A DNA stretch of 64,000 nt from Lama glama (taxonomy: Eukaryota). The stretch spans positions 49,416,001-49,480,000 of the forward strand of contig CM052816.1 in NCBI GenBank assembly GCA_028534125.1. The letters run 5' to 3'. Each line of letters opens with the position of its first letter. The stretch's first letter is position 1. This document shows positions 51,791 to 64,000 of this stretch, piece after piece. The notes below the pieces were generated by a model. The model was not told where the DNA came from. It did no database searches and saw only the letters and a list, made by a program, of their open reading frames with translations. A program made the translations under genes and the position numbers.

Positions 51791-53625
51791 AAACAACTCT
51801 GCTGGTATATAAATCTTTCTCTGGTTAAAAACAAAAATGTTCCTTTGCTAGACCTGTTAACTCATTTAATAAATTCTTCTCTGCTTGACACACTGATGCA
51901 TTGACGTGTGATTTATGGCACAAGTGATACACTTTTAGAAAGCAATAAATACTTAAGTGGTGGCAAACTCTAAGAGCTGACTAAATAAATTACCTACTTG
52001 TTTCCATAGCTGTCTAATTTATAAACACTTTAAAATTGTAATTTGGATTTTACCTTAAATTACCAAATTGCAATAAAATAGTTGCAACTGTATATGGAGA
52101 CTAGACAGCTTCAGACAGCTGTCGTTTTATTATCAAGAGTTGGCGAGAAAAGTATGTGAAACAAATTCAAAGTGCTTGATGGAGTTTTAATTGTCAGGTG
52201 GAGGAGCTGCAAGGTAGCCCTTTGGTCTGCTGATTGCCCCAGTGCCCTGGCGATCACTCCCATGATCTCCACCAGCGATAACTTTCCTCCAACCATAACT
52301 TTCTTCCCTCCTCCCACCACGCAGTCACACCTGATGAGCCCAGATGTACTTGCCAGAGGGAAAAGGACAGCACCTGGGTGCTGTATCAGCACAAGCCAAG
52401 AGCCTTCCTGAATCAGCTCTGTTTAGAGTTGTTTGCATAATGACCATCTTTATGTCACAGCAAACTGCTCTTCATTCCTCTTTGGGCAACTTTATTTCTG
52501 TCTTTCTTAAATGCTTCAGTAGTTCTAAAACAATCTGTATGCTTGTGACCCCTGTAATTGTGTAATTTCCACTCCTTTTCTGAAAGCTGTGAAAGGGACA
52601 TGTCTTTAAAACGGTATACACAGCAAAGGATTATGTATACTAAAAATTGTAAAATCTAATGCTTTGCTCCTTTTTATGTGATAAGAAAGAAACTTTTTTT
52701 TGGAGGGGCAGTGAATTCCTCATCTTTGTTTTGAAGTTTTAATTATTTTTGAACCTATAGTCACTCATTCAAGAAGAGTTGTAACTGGTGACATTTTGGT
52801 GTCTACATTATTAGACTTGTTTCAATAAATAAATATCTCAAAGTAATGTTTTTATCCATAAAAGGGATCATACCAGTTAGTTTTATAATCCATTCAACAG
52901 CTTTTTATTTAGTAGATACAAATGCCGAGAACTGCTCTAGGTTTTTTAATGAAAACAATGAACAAAATGGACAAAAATCCTTGCTCATATAGCGCTTTCA
53001 TTCTAGTAAAAGGAAACAGAATGACCTAAGGTAATTGTCTTGTTGGTTAAGAGGAGGGTATAAGAATTTCAGGAGTGGATTTCATTTTTATGTAGGGTGC
53101 TTAAGTCAAGCGTGACTGTTCAAAAACTTTAAGAAAGTGAGTTGTGTTGCAAATATATTGTCTCAAGTTTCATTTGTCTTTATATGTATTAGGTTTATTA
53201 TGCAACAATTAAAATAAATTTATTTTGTAACATATGTCCATATTTTCTCTTACGAATTCTGCTTTTGGCATCACATTTAAGTACATAATAATTGCTCTTC
53301 TTTTTCCCACAAAATATGCCCCAACACAGCTTCCAACAACTGTTAGGAAATGAAGCATATATCATATACTAAATTCTAGGAAATATTTGCATCAGTTCAG
53401 ATTCCTACTGATCTGCTTCTTTACTAGTGTGACAGTAGCACATGGATTTAATTATGGTAACTTACGCTTGTGCCATTGTGTATATTTATTAAGAAATACA
53501 TCTGAATTCATACGGTGAATACTTTTAAAATAAAACGTATTCAGATCAAAAAGTATAAGTAAAATGGTTGCTAAAAATAATTTCTATATAGTCTTTGGAA
53601 AGTGGTATAAATCAATTTGACATAA

Positions 53626-54716
53626 CTTTTTTTCTTAAGTACAATTGCTTTACAATGTTGTGTTAGATTCTGGCATACAGTATAGTGATCCAGTTATACA
53701 TATACATACACACACATATTCTTTTTCATTATAGATTGTTATATTAAATATAGTTCCCTTGCTATACCATAGAACATTGTTTTTTATTTTATATGTAGTA
53801 GTTTATATCTGCTAACCCCAAACTCCTAATGTATCCTCCACCTTTCCCCTTTGGTAACCATAAGTTGGTTTTCCATGTCTGTAAACCAGTTTTTTTTTGG
53901 AAATGTTTCTTTCTTTCTCTCTTTTTTTTTTTTTTGATTCTCCATATAAATGATAACATGTGGTAGTTGTCTTTATCTGACTTACTTCATTTAGTATGAT
54001 AATGTCTGGGTTCATCCATGTTGCTGCAAATGACATTATTTTATTCATTTTTATATGAGTAATATTCCATGTGTGTATCCCTTTATTCAACCATCTGTCA
54101 GTGGACATTTAGATTGCTTCCACATCTTAGCTATTGTGAATAGCGCTGCTATAAATATTGGGGTGCATGTATCTTACTGAATTGGAGTTTTCTCCAGATA
54201 CATGCCCAGGAGTCAGATTGCTGGATCATATGGTAACTCGTATTTTTAGTTTTTTAAGGAATCTCCATACTATTTTCCATAGTGTCTGCACCAAATTAAC
54301 ATTGCACCAACAGTGTAGGAGGTTTCCCTTTTCTCCTCACCCTCTCAGCATTTATCATTTATGAACATTTTAGTGATGGCCATTTTGACAGGTATGAGGT
54401 GATACCTCATTGTTTTGATTTGCATTTCCCTGATAATTAGCAATGTTGAGCATCTTTTCATGTACCTGTTGGCCATATGTATGTCTTCATTGGAGAAATG
54501 TCTGTGTAGCTCTTCTCTGTATTTTTTGATTGGGTTCTTTGTTTTTCTGTTATTGAGTTATATAAGCTATTTTTATATTCTGGAAGTTAAGCCCTGTCAG
54601 TTGCATTGTTTGCAAATACTTTCTCCCATTCTGTAGGTTGTCTTTTCATTTTGTTTATAGTTTCCTTTGCTGTGCAAAAGCTTTAAGTTTAATTAGGTCC
54701 CATTTGTTTATTTTTG
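53626..54716 (-). mobile_element. 5'-truncated L1 in EDIL3 intron 1, antisense to the gene
   Basis: T-rich tail at ~53626, L1 3'UTR, minus ORF 53812-54108 (KMNKIMSFAATWMN), and ORF2 C-terminal sequence to ~54716. Confidence 0.92.
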
Positions 54717-55799
54717 AAGTAACATTTCTTGATAATTTTAAAGAGATTATTTTGTTTTATATTCCCCATAATTCAAGGACCTTGAATGTTTAAAATGTTA
54801 TTACCAATAACAGCTGCATAGTAAACTAATCTAGGGTTGGAGGTTTCAGTTTTCTGATTTAACTCTAATTGGAAATATGTTATAAATTAAGTCAATTGAC
54901 TTTAGAATAATAAGAAACATAAAGAACTCTTCCAAACTGTTTGTGAAGGCAATTACTAGGAGCAAAGCTTAAAATCTGAGCCCACCAATTGGAGCATACA
55001 AAGTTGAACAGTGACTTCTTGGGCTCGTTATGTCGGTATATCAGTCTGAAAGTATGCATTTCTACGTATAACTGCATTATAGAAATCTTCATATTTAGAT
55101 CATTTGGCAATAAAAACCAGCACTCCATAACAGCTAATATGATGAAATCATACTTATTATAATCATACAGTGTAGTTTGAATCAACCTTTTTTTTTTTGA
55201 TTCAAGAAATCGTAGGAACACAGTGACTATGAGGAAGATACAATTTAACAATTTAGAGCTTATTCAGATGGTTCAGTGGTTCCCTGACTCTTACAAAAGG
55301 AAATTAAAGCAAAATGAATTGATGAATAATTTGGTTGCACTTCAGGAAGTTAAACACTGTTGTTTCTTTTGTTGGAGTAGTGACCAAGGTGTGCAGTAAA
55401 GCAAAAATACATTATTGTTAAGTGCTTTTAAAGCTGATAATCCAGAAATTAAAATGGAAACCAGCTCAGGAAACCTATTAATACATGTTTATAGTTAAAA
55501 CTTAGTTTTGTTGGCATTACTGCTCATTTGGGAAGTTGGTTTATAGGTATTTTACATTAAGTTCATTATGTTGTGTATCTCCATAAGCTTGTTATTACAG
55601 GGTGCTGTCACTCAGACTGTCGCAGTGAAACAACATTCAGAAAACTCTTGTGTAGCCAGAGTATTTATGACCTCCAATTTAGGTTATTAGTCATATGCTG
55701 GGGTGGTCAATGTTGATTTTTGGGGTTTATGAAAATTGCTGATATATTTGCAGTGACAAAATGGTACCATAAATTTTAGAGGCATTTTGTTATTCAAGA

Positions 55800-57450
55800 A
55801 AAACCAAACAATCTTAAGTGTATAGTTTAATGACTTTTCAAAATTGTATATGCCCATCTAGTCACTACCCAAAACAAGATATAGAACATTTCCATAATCC
55901 TATAAAATTTGCCTATGCTATTTCCAGTCAAATCCTATCCCTCCTCTCTCCATTATGTTTTTTGATTTCTGTTGCCATAGATTAATGATTAATTTTGTTT
56001 GTATTTGGACATCATACCATTGTTATGATAGTGTGAGTGTGTGTGTGTGTGTGTGTATTTTAGTCTGGCATCATTCGCTCAACATGACTATGTTCGTATT
56101 TATCCTTCTTGTTGCATATATCTTGAGGGCATTCCTTTTTATTCTTGAATAATATTTCATATAAATATGCCACAATGTATTTATTCTCTATTGATGAACG
56201 AGTAGCTTGTTTCTGAGTTTTAGCTATTCTAAATAAGGATAATCTGAAAAATCTTATAGAAGTTTTTATTTTGTAGTTGTATGGTTTCATTTCCCTTGGC
56301 TAAATACCTAGGAATGAAATTGCTAAGTCATGGGTAGATATATGTTAACTTGCTGAAAAAGTACTCAACAGATCTCCAAAGTGATTGTATAATTTCACTC
56401 TCCCAACAGTTACATGTGAGGGGTCCAGTTGTTCCATATCCTTACCAAAATTTGTCACGGCAGCTGATGCTTGAACAATGAAGGAGACAAGGTCACTAAG
56501 TGTCCACTAAAAGTGGACCTGAACTTTTAAACCCCCGTTGTTCAAGGGTCAACTGTATTAGTCTTTTGATTGTAGCCATTCTAGTTCATATGAAGTGGTA
56601 TCTCACTGTATTTTAATTTGTGCTTCCTAATGACTAAGAATTTAAGAACTTTTTATGAGTTTATTGACATTCGTATATCTTTTGTGAAGTATCCAGTCTT
56701 TTGCAAAGAATACTTCTTGTTGTTGTTGTTTGGGTACTTGAAAGTTGACTTGTAAGGGTTCTTTATAAATCCTGGATGTGAGTACTTTGCCAGATACATA
56801 CTGCAAATACTTCTCCTAGTCTGTGGCTTGATATCCAGTTTCTTAAAGGTGTCTTTTGTTGTGGAACTTAGTAATTTTGATGAAATGCATTTTATTGACA
56901 TTTTTCTTTTAGAGTAAGTATTTCTAATATCCTGAAAGGTATTCGCCTGGCCCATTGTCACAAATATATTGTCTTATTTCCTCTAGAAATTTCATATTTC
57001 TGGTTTTTACATTTAGGTTTATGACTCTTCTTAAATTAACTTTTGTATGTGTCACGAGGTACAGGTTGAGATTTATTTCTTCCATAGGAAGATTCAGTTA
57101 TTTCAGCTCCATTTGTTGGAAAGACTGCTTTCTTCATTGAATTGACCTGCCGCCTTGGTTGTGTCAATTCTGTCTTTAATCCGTTTATCTTTACACCAAT
57201 ATCAGGGTGCCTTGATTTTTTTAGGTTTATAATTAAGCTTGAAATTATGTAATGTAATTCTTCTAAATTCTATCTGGATCCTTTGTATTTTCATACAAAT
57301 TTTGGAATTAACTTGTCAATTTTTTTTTTGAAGTCCTGCTGGAATTTTGATTAAAATGGCATTATATTTATAGATCACCTGGCGGGGAATGGCCATATTA
57401 ACAATATTATATCTTCCAGTTGATTAAGATATTATATCTGTTCATTTATA
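55800..57450 (-). mobile_element. Old L1 (L1M) relic, antisense, carrying a nested MITE
   Basis: Degenerate minus-strand L1 3'UTR/ORF2 (TAAATACCTAGGAATGAAATTGCT; GTAGCCATTCTAG...GAAGTGGTATCTCACTG; TTTACATTTAGGTTTATGA). Confidence 0.8.
56461..56555. mobile_element. 95-bp Tigger2-like MITE (Tc1/mariner-pogo)
   Basis: Terminal inverted repeats CAGCTGATGCTTGAACAA ... TTGTTCAAGGGTCAACTG followed by TA; Tigger2-type TIR is CAGTTGACCCTTGAACAA. Confidence 0.8.
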
Positions 57451-57561
57451 TGTTTATATGGATCCATATTTAACAGAAGTACCAATTCCTTTTATTTCTG
57501 TAGGGTTTTATAAAATATAAAGCATTTTCACATTGATTATCTCATTGCTCATACTTTATCT

Positions 57562-57967
57562 TTTTTTGTATATATACTTTTATTGAAGTATAATCATATT
57601 ACAATGCTGTGTCAGTTTCTGGTGTACAGCATAATGCTTCAGTCATACATGAACATACATATATTCGTTTTCATATTCTTTGTCACCATAAGTTACTACA
57701 AGGTATTGAATATAGTTCCCTGTGCTATACTGTATAAACTTGTTGTTTATCCATTTTATGTATATTAGTATCTGCAAATCTCGAACTCCCAATTTATCCC
57801 TTCCCACCCCTTTCCCCTCTGGTAACCATAAACTTGTTTCCTATGTCTATGAGTCTTTCTGTTTTGTAAATAAGTTTGTGTTTTTTTTTTTAATTCCACA
57901 TGTGAATGATATCATATGGTATTTTTCTTTCTCTTTCTGGCTTACTTCACTTAGCATGATGATCTCC
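57562..57967 (-). mobile_element. Short, relatively young L1 3' end with TSD
   Basis: L1 3'UTR (TTTTATTGAAGTATAATC...TTCCCCTCTGGTAACCATAA...CTTACTTCACTTAG) flanked by exact ACTTTATCT at 57553-57561 and 57968-57976; the right flank continues CATTTT|AA. Confidence 0.9.
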
Positions 57968-58488
57968 ACTTTATCTCATTTTAAAGCAGGAATTAAGTGT
58001 AAACAGTGGAGATCATTTAGTACCATAAGGCTTCATAGTGCTTACAAAAGCACTTTGCATGTAGGAGATACTTGATGGACAAGTTGAATTCCCAGGAGAC
58101 CATTTTGTTAATACTTTTATAATATGACAATGCTGTTAGAAAACAAAAATCAACATTTCAAATAATGAAGTTTTTTAAACTGAAGTGTATAAATACACAA
58201 GTTTTGAGAAAAATAAACAGATTGATAGCATCAGGCCTATTAAAAGCTGAAATAACAAAATCTTTAAAACACTGGAAATTACTTAATAGACTCAGAGAAA
58301 TTTAGAATACCTGTGATCATTTTATTCTCCTAGAAATAATGATTACACTTTAGCCTCCTTAGGTAAGTGCTCTTCCATTTATAAAGATAATGGTAGGTAG
58401 AATTCTTTCTAGCTTTTTACAGAATATTCAGGCTCCCGAGGCAGGAAGACATGTACAGGGCTTCATCTGGCTTTAGAAGCTTAACGGT

Positions 58489-58524
58489 TGTGTGAGTGAG
58501 TGAGTGAGTGTGTGTGTGTGTGTG
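58489..58524. repeat. (TGAG)n(TG)n microsatellite
   Basis: TGTGTGAGTGAGTGAGTGAGTGTGTGTGTGTGTGTG read directly. Confidence 0.85.
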
Positions 58525-61500
58525 ATGATGACCTTATCCCAAAAGAGTGTTATCACCAGAATGATTTTGCTTTGACTGAATCTCTTGAATCAAGTCCAAG
58601 CTAATGTGATTTTCTTTTAAACACTTTAAGAAAAAAACATGAATTGTCTGTCTTTTCTTTTACCACTTGTTTTGCAGAATTGACTTAGGAAAGTGGACAG
58701 CTATACTGAAACCAAGATAAATGCTTTTGAGCCACTCATTGCTGGCACTTTTCCAGTACATTCAGAAATATTTAATGTGTGAATATGGTGCCTAGAACAT
58801 TTTAGGGAAAAAAAAACATTCCTAGGAGAACCTTGCTATATAATTGTAAGCCACTCCCCAAGTAAATTATTTTTTTGCTGCTTTATGTGATAATTAAACT
58901 CCAGATTGAGTTATTGGAAAAGGGATTGCATTCTTCTTGCTTGAGAGGCAATTATTAGCAATATATTTATATTAATTCTCCTCCCATGATTTAGTTATAT
59001 CACATATTATTATAGTGAAATGAAATAAAAATTTTCCAAAAGACTACTTTTTCCCATGCTGATCTGTGGTAAGATTTCATAGATCTATACTAAGCATTGC
59101 TGTGAAATTTGCTTAGGTCTCTTTCCTTTCGGTGTTTACTGAGGTTCTCATTTAGATAATTACCGTTCTGGAGGTTATAACCTGCACCAGTGATGGCATT
59201 ACTTATTGCTTCTTTACTAATTTAATAGGAAATGACTGATAAAGGGCATTCGATTTATCTGCTCACTTCGTATTAAGAGATGTTTAGGGGGTAGTGAATT
59301 TATTCCCAGGCTTTAAACACCTTGGCCTTCAATTTGTCAAACTTCAGTCTTTAAGTAAATTAGCTGGGTTCCTCCTGAATTAATTGAATTCAGAGAAGGC
59401 TGTACAAATAGTTGTTCCTATATTTTCTCAGACTTCGGTAAGGTCCACACTGTTGGAAAGCAATTAGATTTCAGATTACTCACTTACCCCTGAAACACCT
59501 GTTCTTTGACCGCGTAAAATCTCCCCTTTTTCCTTGTATTAACCCTCCTCATGCTTTCCCTTTCTTTTCTATTCAGCTTTTATCATTTTGCCCCTGACGT
59601 TAGCCACTCCCTTGTGAATCTTCACCTCCCCGAGACCTTGAGCTGTTTTCACTTGGTGTTCGTTCAGGCTTAGATGATAGTAATAGTTTAGTATTTCAGT
59701 TCTAGGAACAAGGTTTGGTCAGTGCACTGAGAACAGATTCATCTATGGTATGTATAATCTTTGAAAGTATTATATCATAATATGAATTTTTAATTCCATA
59801 ATGATAATTATAATCACTGAAGATACAGAAAGACATCGGAGACTTGCGATCAGTTATTCACTCCTTGTTAATCTTGGATTTAAAAGAGACAAGTTAATTG
59901 AACAACTTGAATTGTTTAATGGTCTGAGGCTGAGATGATCTGATCCCATGAGGGGTACAGCTGTCCCACGGTCTGTGCTACAGCCCTCATTCTTCTGGTC
60001 AGTGCAGTGCTGGGATGGGCAGTGCCAGGTTTAGCCTCTACCTCTCAGGTCTGGTGCTCTAACTGTTGAATAACCTCTTTTTCCCCAATCCTGTTCATCC
60101 ACCAAAGCACTCTGGCTGGTAGATTCTTTCCTTTGATATGATTATACATTCTGTTAGTTCCCTGTCAACCGCTGCTGTCCTGAAAAACCAGTCTTTTCTG
60201 TCTGTTGGAATTTTATTATTCAACCGTCAGCCAGCAAGTTTATTTTTCAGATTTCCATGTTCTTAGGGGATTCCCATCCTGTTTAAAATTGCAACCTCGG
60301 TATGCATGAGCTGTATAACTAGAAGGCCATAATTTGGAATTTAAAGTCTTGAGTTTGTTATTTATTTCAGAAATAAAATTGTATATTCTAGAAAAGCAAT
60401 TTGTGCTTTTATGTTTAATGATTTAGCAGTGTGTTGTAATAAATCACTTATCTAATTAAATGCTTATCTGATCAAATTTTGGGTAAAAGTCGGGCACAAG
60501 AGAGGACATTTATCCAAATTCTTGCTGTGTTGAGTGTTAGTTGCCTTGCACATTTTATGATAATGCTATAAAGGCAGACATGCCTGGTAATGTTTTAATC
60601 AATCAAATGGTTTGATCTGAAAATTTTATTCTTCATATTTAAGTCGTCTTAGACTGAAACTACAAGATATAAAATGTAAATGTTAATTTGTTTAGAGCAG
60701 AGCAGCAGAAATAGTCAAATGGCAGTTTTTAATAAACCCACACTCCCATATCTACATGAGTGTTCTTTAAAGTAATCACCCCGGGATGTTTATTCCTTTT
60801 TCCCAATGATACCACAACTGTTCATATATGGTAGCTTAAATTCCTTTTGGAACTGCCTTTAAAGCCATCAGATAAAAATGAGAACCAACTATTTCATGCC
60901 ACAATTAGCTTCTTTCCCAAAACAGCTGTATCTTGATAATTAGTATTCTAGGCTTGATACTGAGAGATGTTTTACATCATCTAAAAATTATATATAACCT
61001 CCAATGACCTAAAGCTACCACCATTTAGGTTCTTCAGTGTGTGACAGCACAGTATGTGGGATATTTCAAAAGGGAGCTTCGTGTTCCTTCAGAACAACTT
61101 CGGTGTCCCCTGCTCACATCACATTATTGTAGATATTTGCAGTTAAGAGCAACACTTTACTATAGCCTTATGGCTTCTGTATGACTGGAGAAAACTGCCC
61201 CACTTTGGGTCCAAGGAGAAGAGAAGATGCATTAAATAGTAAGAGAAGGCCAGGTGTATTTCCAGAACACAATCTCCATTTGTAATGCGTTCACTGGAAC
61301 TGGCCTCTAAACCCCAAATTATGAGGTTCCAGGGTATACCAGAGCTAATTATTGCTTGTGCAGAATGTTCCTTGGCTGCATGGAGGATTTTTGTGGTTAG
61401 TCTGGGTTTTCTCTGTGAATACTGCTTCTTTGTGTCTACCGAGACTGATTCAGCAGCCCTGGGGAGAAAGAAATGGGTGTACACTCTGCCAGTGTTCCTG

Positions 61501-61766
61501 GTGGTTCTGTGTTTCAATTTTATTCACAGAAAGATGAGAACATGGTGGGAGTCCTGGGGCAGCGGAGCGCAGTGAGGGGCTGCAACTAAAAGTGGGAACT
61601 GATATCAGAAAGACTGTCCTCTTAAGGCCAGAAAAGCCAAAAAAAAAATGATATTTGAAGAATCAGTTCCTAAATCATCAATGTAATGATTTCTTAGAAG
61701 AAAATAAGTATGATTAGTTATAGCGAAGATTGTACGGGAGAGGAAATTACAGCACTGTATTTATGA

Positions 61767-62270
61767 TGTGGTTGCAGAATAATGGTCCCCCAAGGATGTC
61801 CAGCTCCTGATCCCTTGAACCTGTGAAAAAGAAACTTTACAGATATGAGTAAATTACAGATCTTTAGATGGAGGTATTACCCTGTATTATCTGGTGGACA
61901 CAAGGTAGTTACATGGGGCCCTTAAAGTGGAAGAGGGAGGCAGGAGATTAAGAGGAGATGTGATAATTGAGGCAAAGTCAAAGTGATGGCTATGAAAAAG
62001 ATTCAGCTGGCCACTGATGGCTTTGAAGCAAGAAAGAGGCCACACAAGTCAAGGAGTGTGGATAGCTCCTAGAAAATGGTAAAGGCAGGATAACAGATTG
62101 TCTCCAAGAACCTCCGTGAAGGAACACACTCCTGCTAACACCTCGATTTTCGTCCAGTGAAGCTCATTCATATTTTGTCTTTCAAATGGTAGGTAAGGTA
62201 ATACATGTATAGTGTCTTAAGCCATTGATTTTGTGGTAATTTGTCACAGCAGCAATAGGAAACTAATACA
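61767..62270 (+). mobile_element. MLT1D-like MaLR solo LTR, near complete
   Basis: TG...CA termini: TGTGGTTGCAGAATAATGGTCCCCCAAGGATGTCC ... GTGGTAATTTGTCACAGCAGCAATAGGAAACTAATACA; ~500 bp. Confidence 0.88.
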
Positions 62271-64000
62271 CTGATGCAGGAGCATCTCTCCCACTTACAT
62301 AATCCCAGCCATTCCCTCTGTGTCATCATTCTTACTTTGGCATCCTGGATTTTGGGAATAATATATTTTTACATAATTTTTATGTGATTGGTTAAGATTT
62401 TTAAAATACTAATAGAGTGAGTTTATCTGAATTAAAAACAAATTTAGAGGACAGTGTGTTTTAAAATATGTCGGTAAATTCATTTAAAAGACTTAATAGC
62501 GGCAGTGAATTGGACTACAGTTTTCTCCCGAGTATGTTCCTTTTTCTTAATTTTAATGTGAAATTACACTTTCTAACACTTCTGTAACTTCGTTAAAAAT
62601 TATCCTTAAAAGTTTTCTGTATAATTTTACAGTACTAAAATACTGTTATGCTTGGTATTGCTAGAGACAGAGGGGCCATCTGCTTAGATTTGGAAGCATG
62701 CTTTTTTTCATACAGAGATCTATATATCCAGAGGATCATTTTAACAGAATTTGATAGGTGATTTTCAAGTACTTAAAAAAATAGGGGAGATGTGAACCTA
62801 GAGGTAGAAGAGTGATATAAAAATTCTCAAGATAGAAATTATATAAAATGTAAAATGGAGTTCTGTACTGTTGTGTCTTGAGTGTATTTCAGTAATACAT
62901 ATTTGGGGAATTGTACCAATGTAGGCCTGAGGAATTACAAAATTAATTTTATATGATAATTATCATTGATTAGCTGGACATTTAAAAATTATTTTTAGTG
63001 AACTCAGTGGCAGTTGGACACATACTCCCTTCCTTTCTGGTCTTTAAGCATTGTCACCATGGAAAGGGAAAGGGAAGAGGCCCCAACATGCCTCTGTTTC
63101 TGGTGTCGCTGTACACTCTTCCTATTTAAAGATTGGCATCTGCTCTTTCTGCCCAGCGAGGTCAAATGCAAGACTAGTCTATGCTTTGGCCTTTATTATG
63201 TATTTACTATGTTTTGGTTGACATTATTTCATTTACCTTTCACCATAGTCACAGTTGATTCATCTACAAGGTTCTTATTACACAAGTGTTTATCATATAC
63301 ATGACCAGAGTTGTAAAGATTTACAGAAAACCAACGACTTTAAGAGAAGAAAATAATAACTAGTCCAGAGATGACTAATAAAATTAGTATTTATTTTAAT
63401 AACACTCTCTGACTAACAAAGCAGTCTGAAGCAGAATATTGTTGTTTACTAACCAGTTATCAGATACAGGAAATACTGAATAATGCAAAATAGACACAAT
63501 GGTAACCCACAGCAACAGGGCTTCAAATGAAAATGATAGACATAGAATTAAGAGAAATCTCTGGGATAACTGATGACTACCTACAAAATTGTTTTTCAAA
63601 TAAGCTTCCTTGTGATTGTGCTGTCAGAGTTACCACTGAAGTGAAAAAAAAACATGTGATTATACAACTTTGGGGGAAAAGTTATCAGAAGTCCTTCCTC
63701 CCAATCAATTTTTAATTCACTGTTCTGTGCACTAGAGCAGTTACAACTTAGTTTTGATATATATAAAGTGAAATAAACTTAGTTTCATAATTTTTGGTTC
63801 AAGGTAAGTCTTAATCAGAACTATTATTTTTACTAAAATCCTAAGATATTTTTAGTACTATTTAAGTAGATGCATTTAAAATTCCTTTATCCTGGAATTA
63901 ATTATGTTTCTGTAAGAGACGTCTTGTAAACACACCTCATTTTATCATTTGTAATTTTAGATCATTTGTGATTTTTCGATGAGAAAACCACAGCTTGATG

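Larger units (their letters stand above)
39784..64000 (+). other. EDIL3: EDIL3 intron 1 (continues beyond the window)
   Basis: Begins at the GT donor after exon 1. No sequence encoding the EGF1 start (DICDPNPCENGG) was seen downstream; EDIL3 intron 1 is known to be very long. Confidence 0.85.

Noticed and set aside
53626..57967. All three intronic L1s lie antisense to EDIL3
   Set aside because: Well-known genome-wide orientation bias; three copies are not informative.
61143..61575. Overlapping ORFs in a slightly GC-richer intronic patch
   Set aside because: Mostly non-ATG starts, no recognisable homology, no clear exon boundaries.
63935..64000. Acceptor-like TTTTAG at 63960 as EDIL3 exon 2
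   Set aside because: Downstream sequence does not encode DICDPNPC in any frame.

Overview
Mammalian genomic DNA, AT-rich and repeat-laden. A tRNA-derived SINE at 28.8 kb looks like the camelid (alpaca/camel) type, which suggests a camelid source; this is recognition from memory, not a database match. The only coding sequence I can support is the first coding exon of EDIL3 (Del-1): 39717-39783, + strand, [23 protein letters not shown], followed by a canonical GT donor and embedded in a CpG-island promoter. Everything after it is intron 1; I found no exon 2 (GDICDPNPC...) in the window. The 39 kb upstream is gene-free and holds a decayed but structurally full-length 7.1 kb L1 with target-site duplications, other L1/L2/MIR/MLT1 relics and hAT DNA-transposon fossils. 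Almost all ORF-track entries are L1 remnants or chance ORFs. I found no convincing novel biological system. The best leads are regulatory or isoform hypotheses: a second promoter-like unit in intron 1 with outward-facing splice donors, an upstream AP-1/FOX:ETS enhancer candidate, a possible L1 antisense-promoter route into EDIL3, a Cys21 in the signal peptide, and a 95-bp Tigger2-like MITE. Repeat subfamily names and boundaries are approximate.
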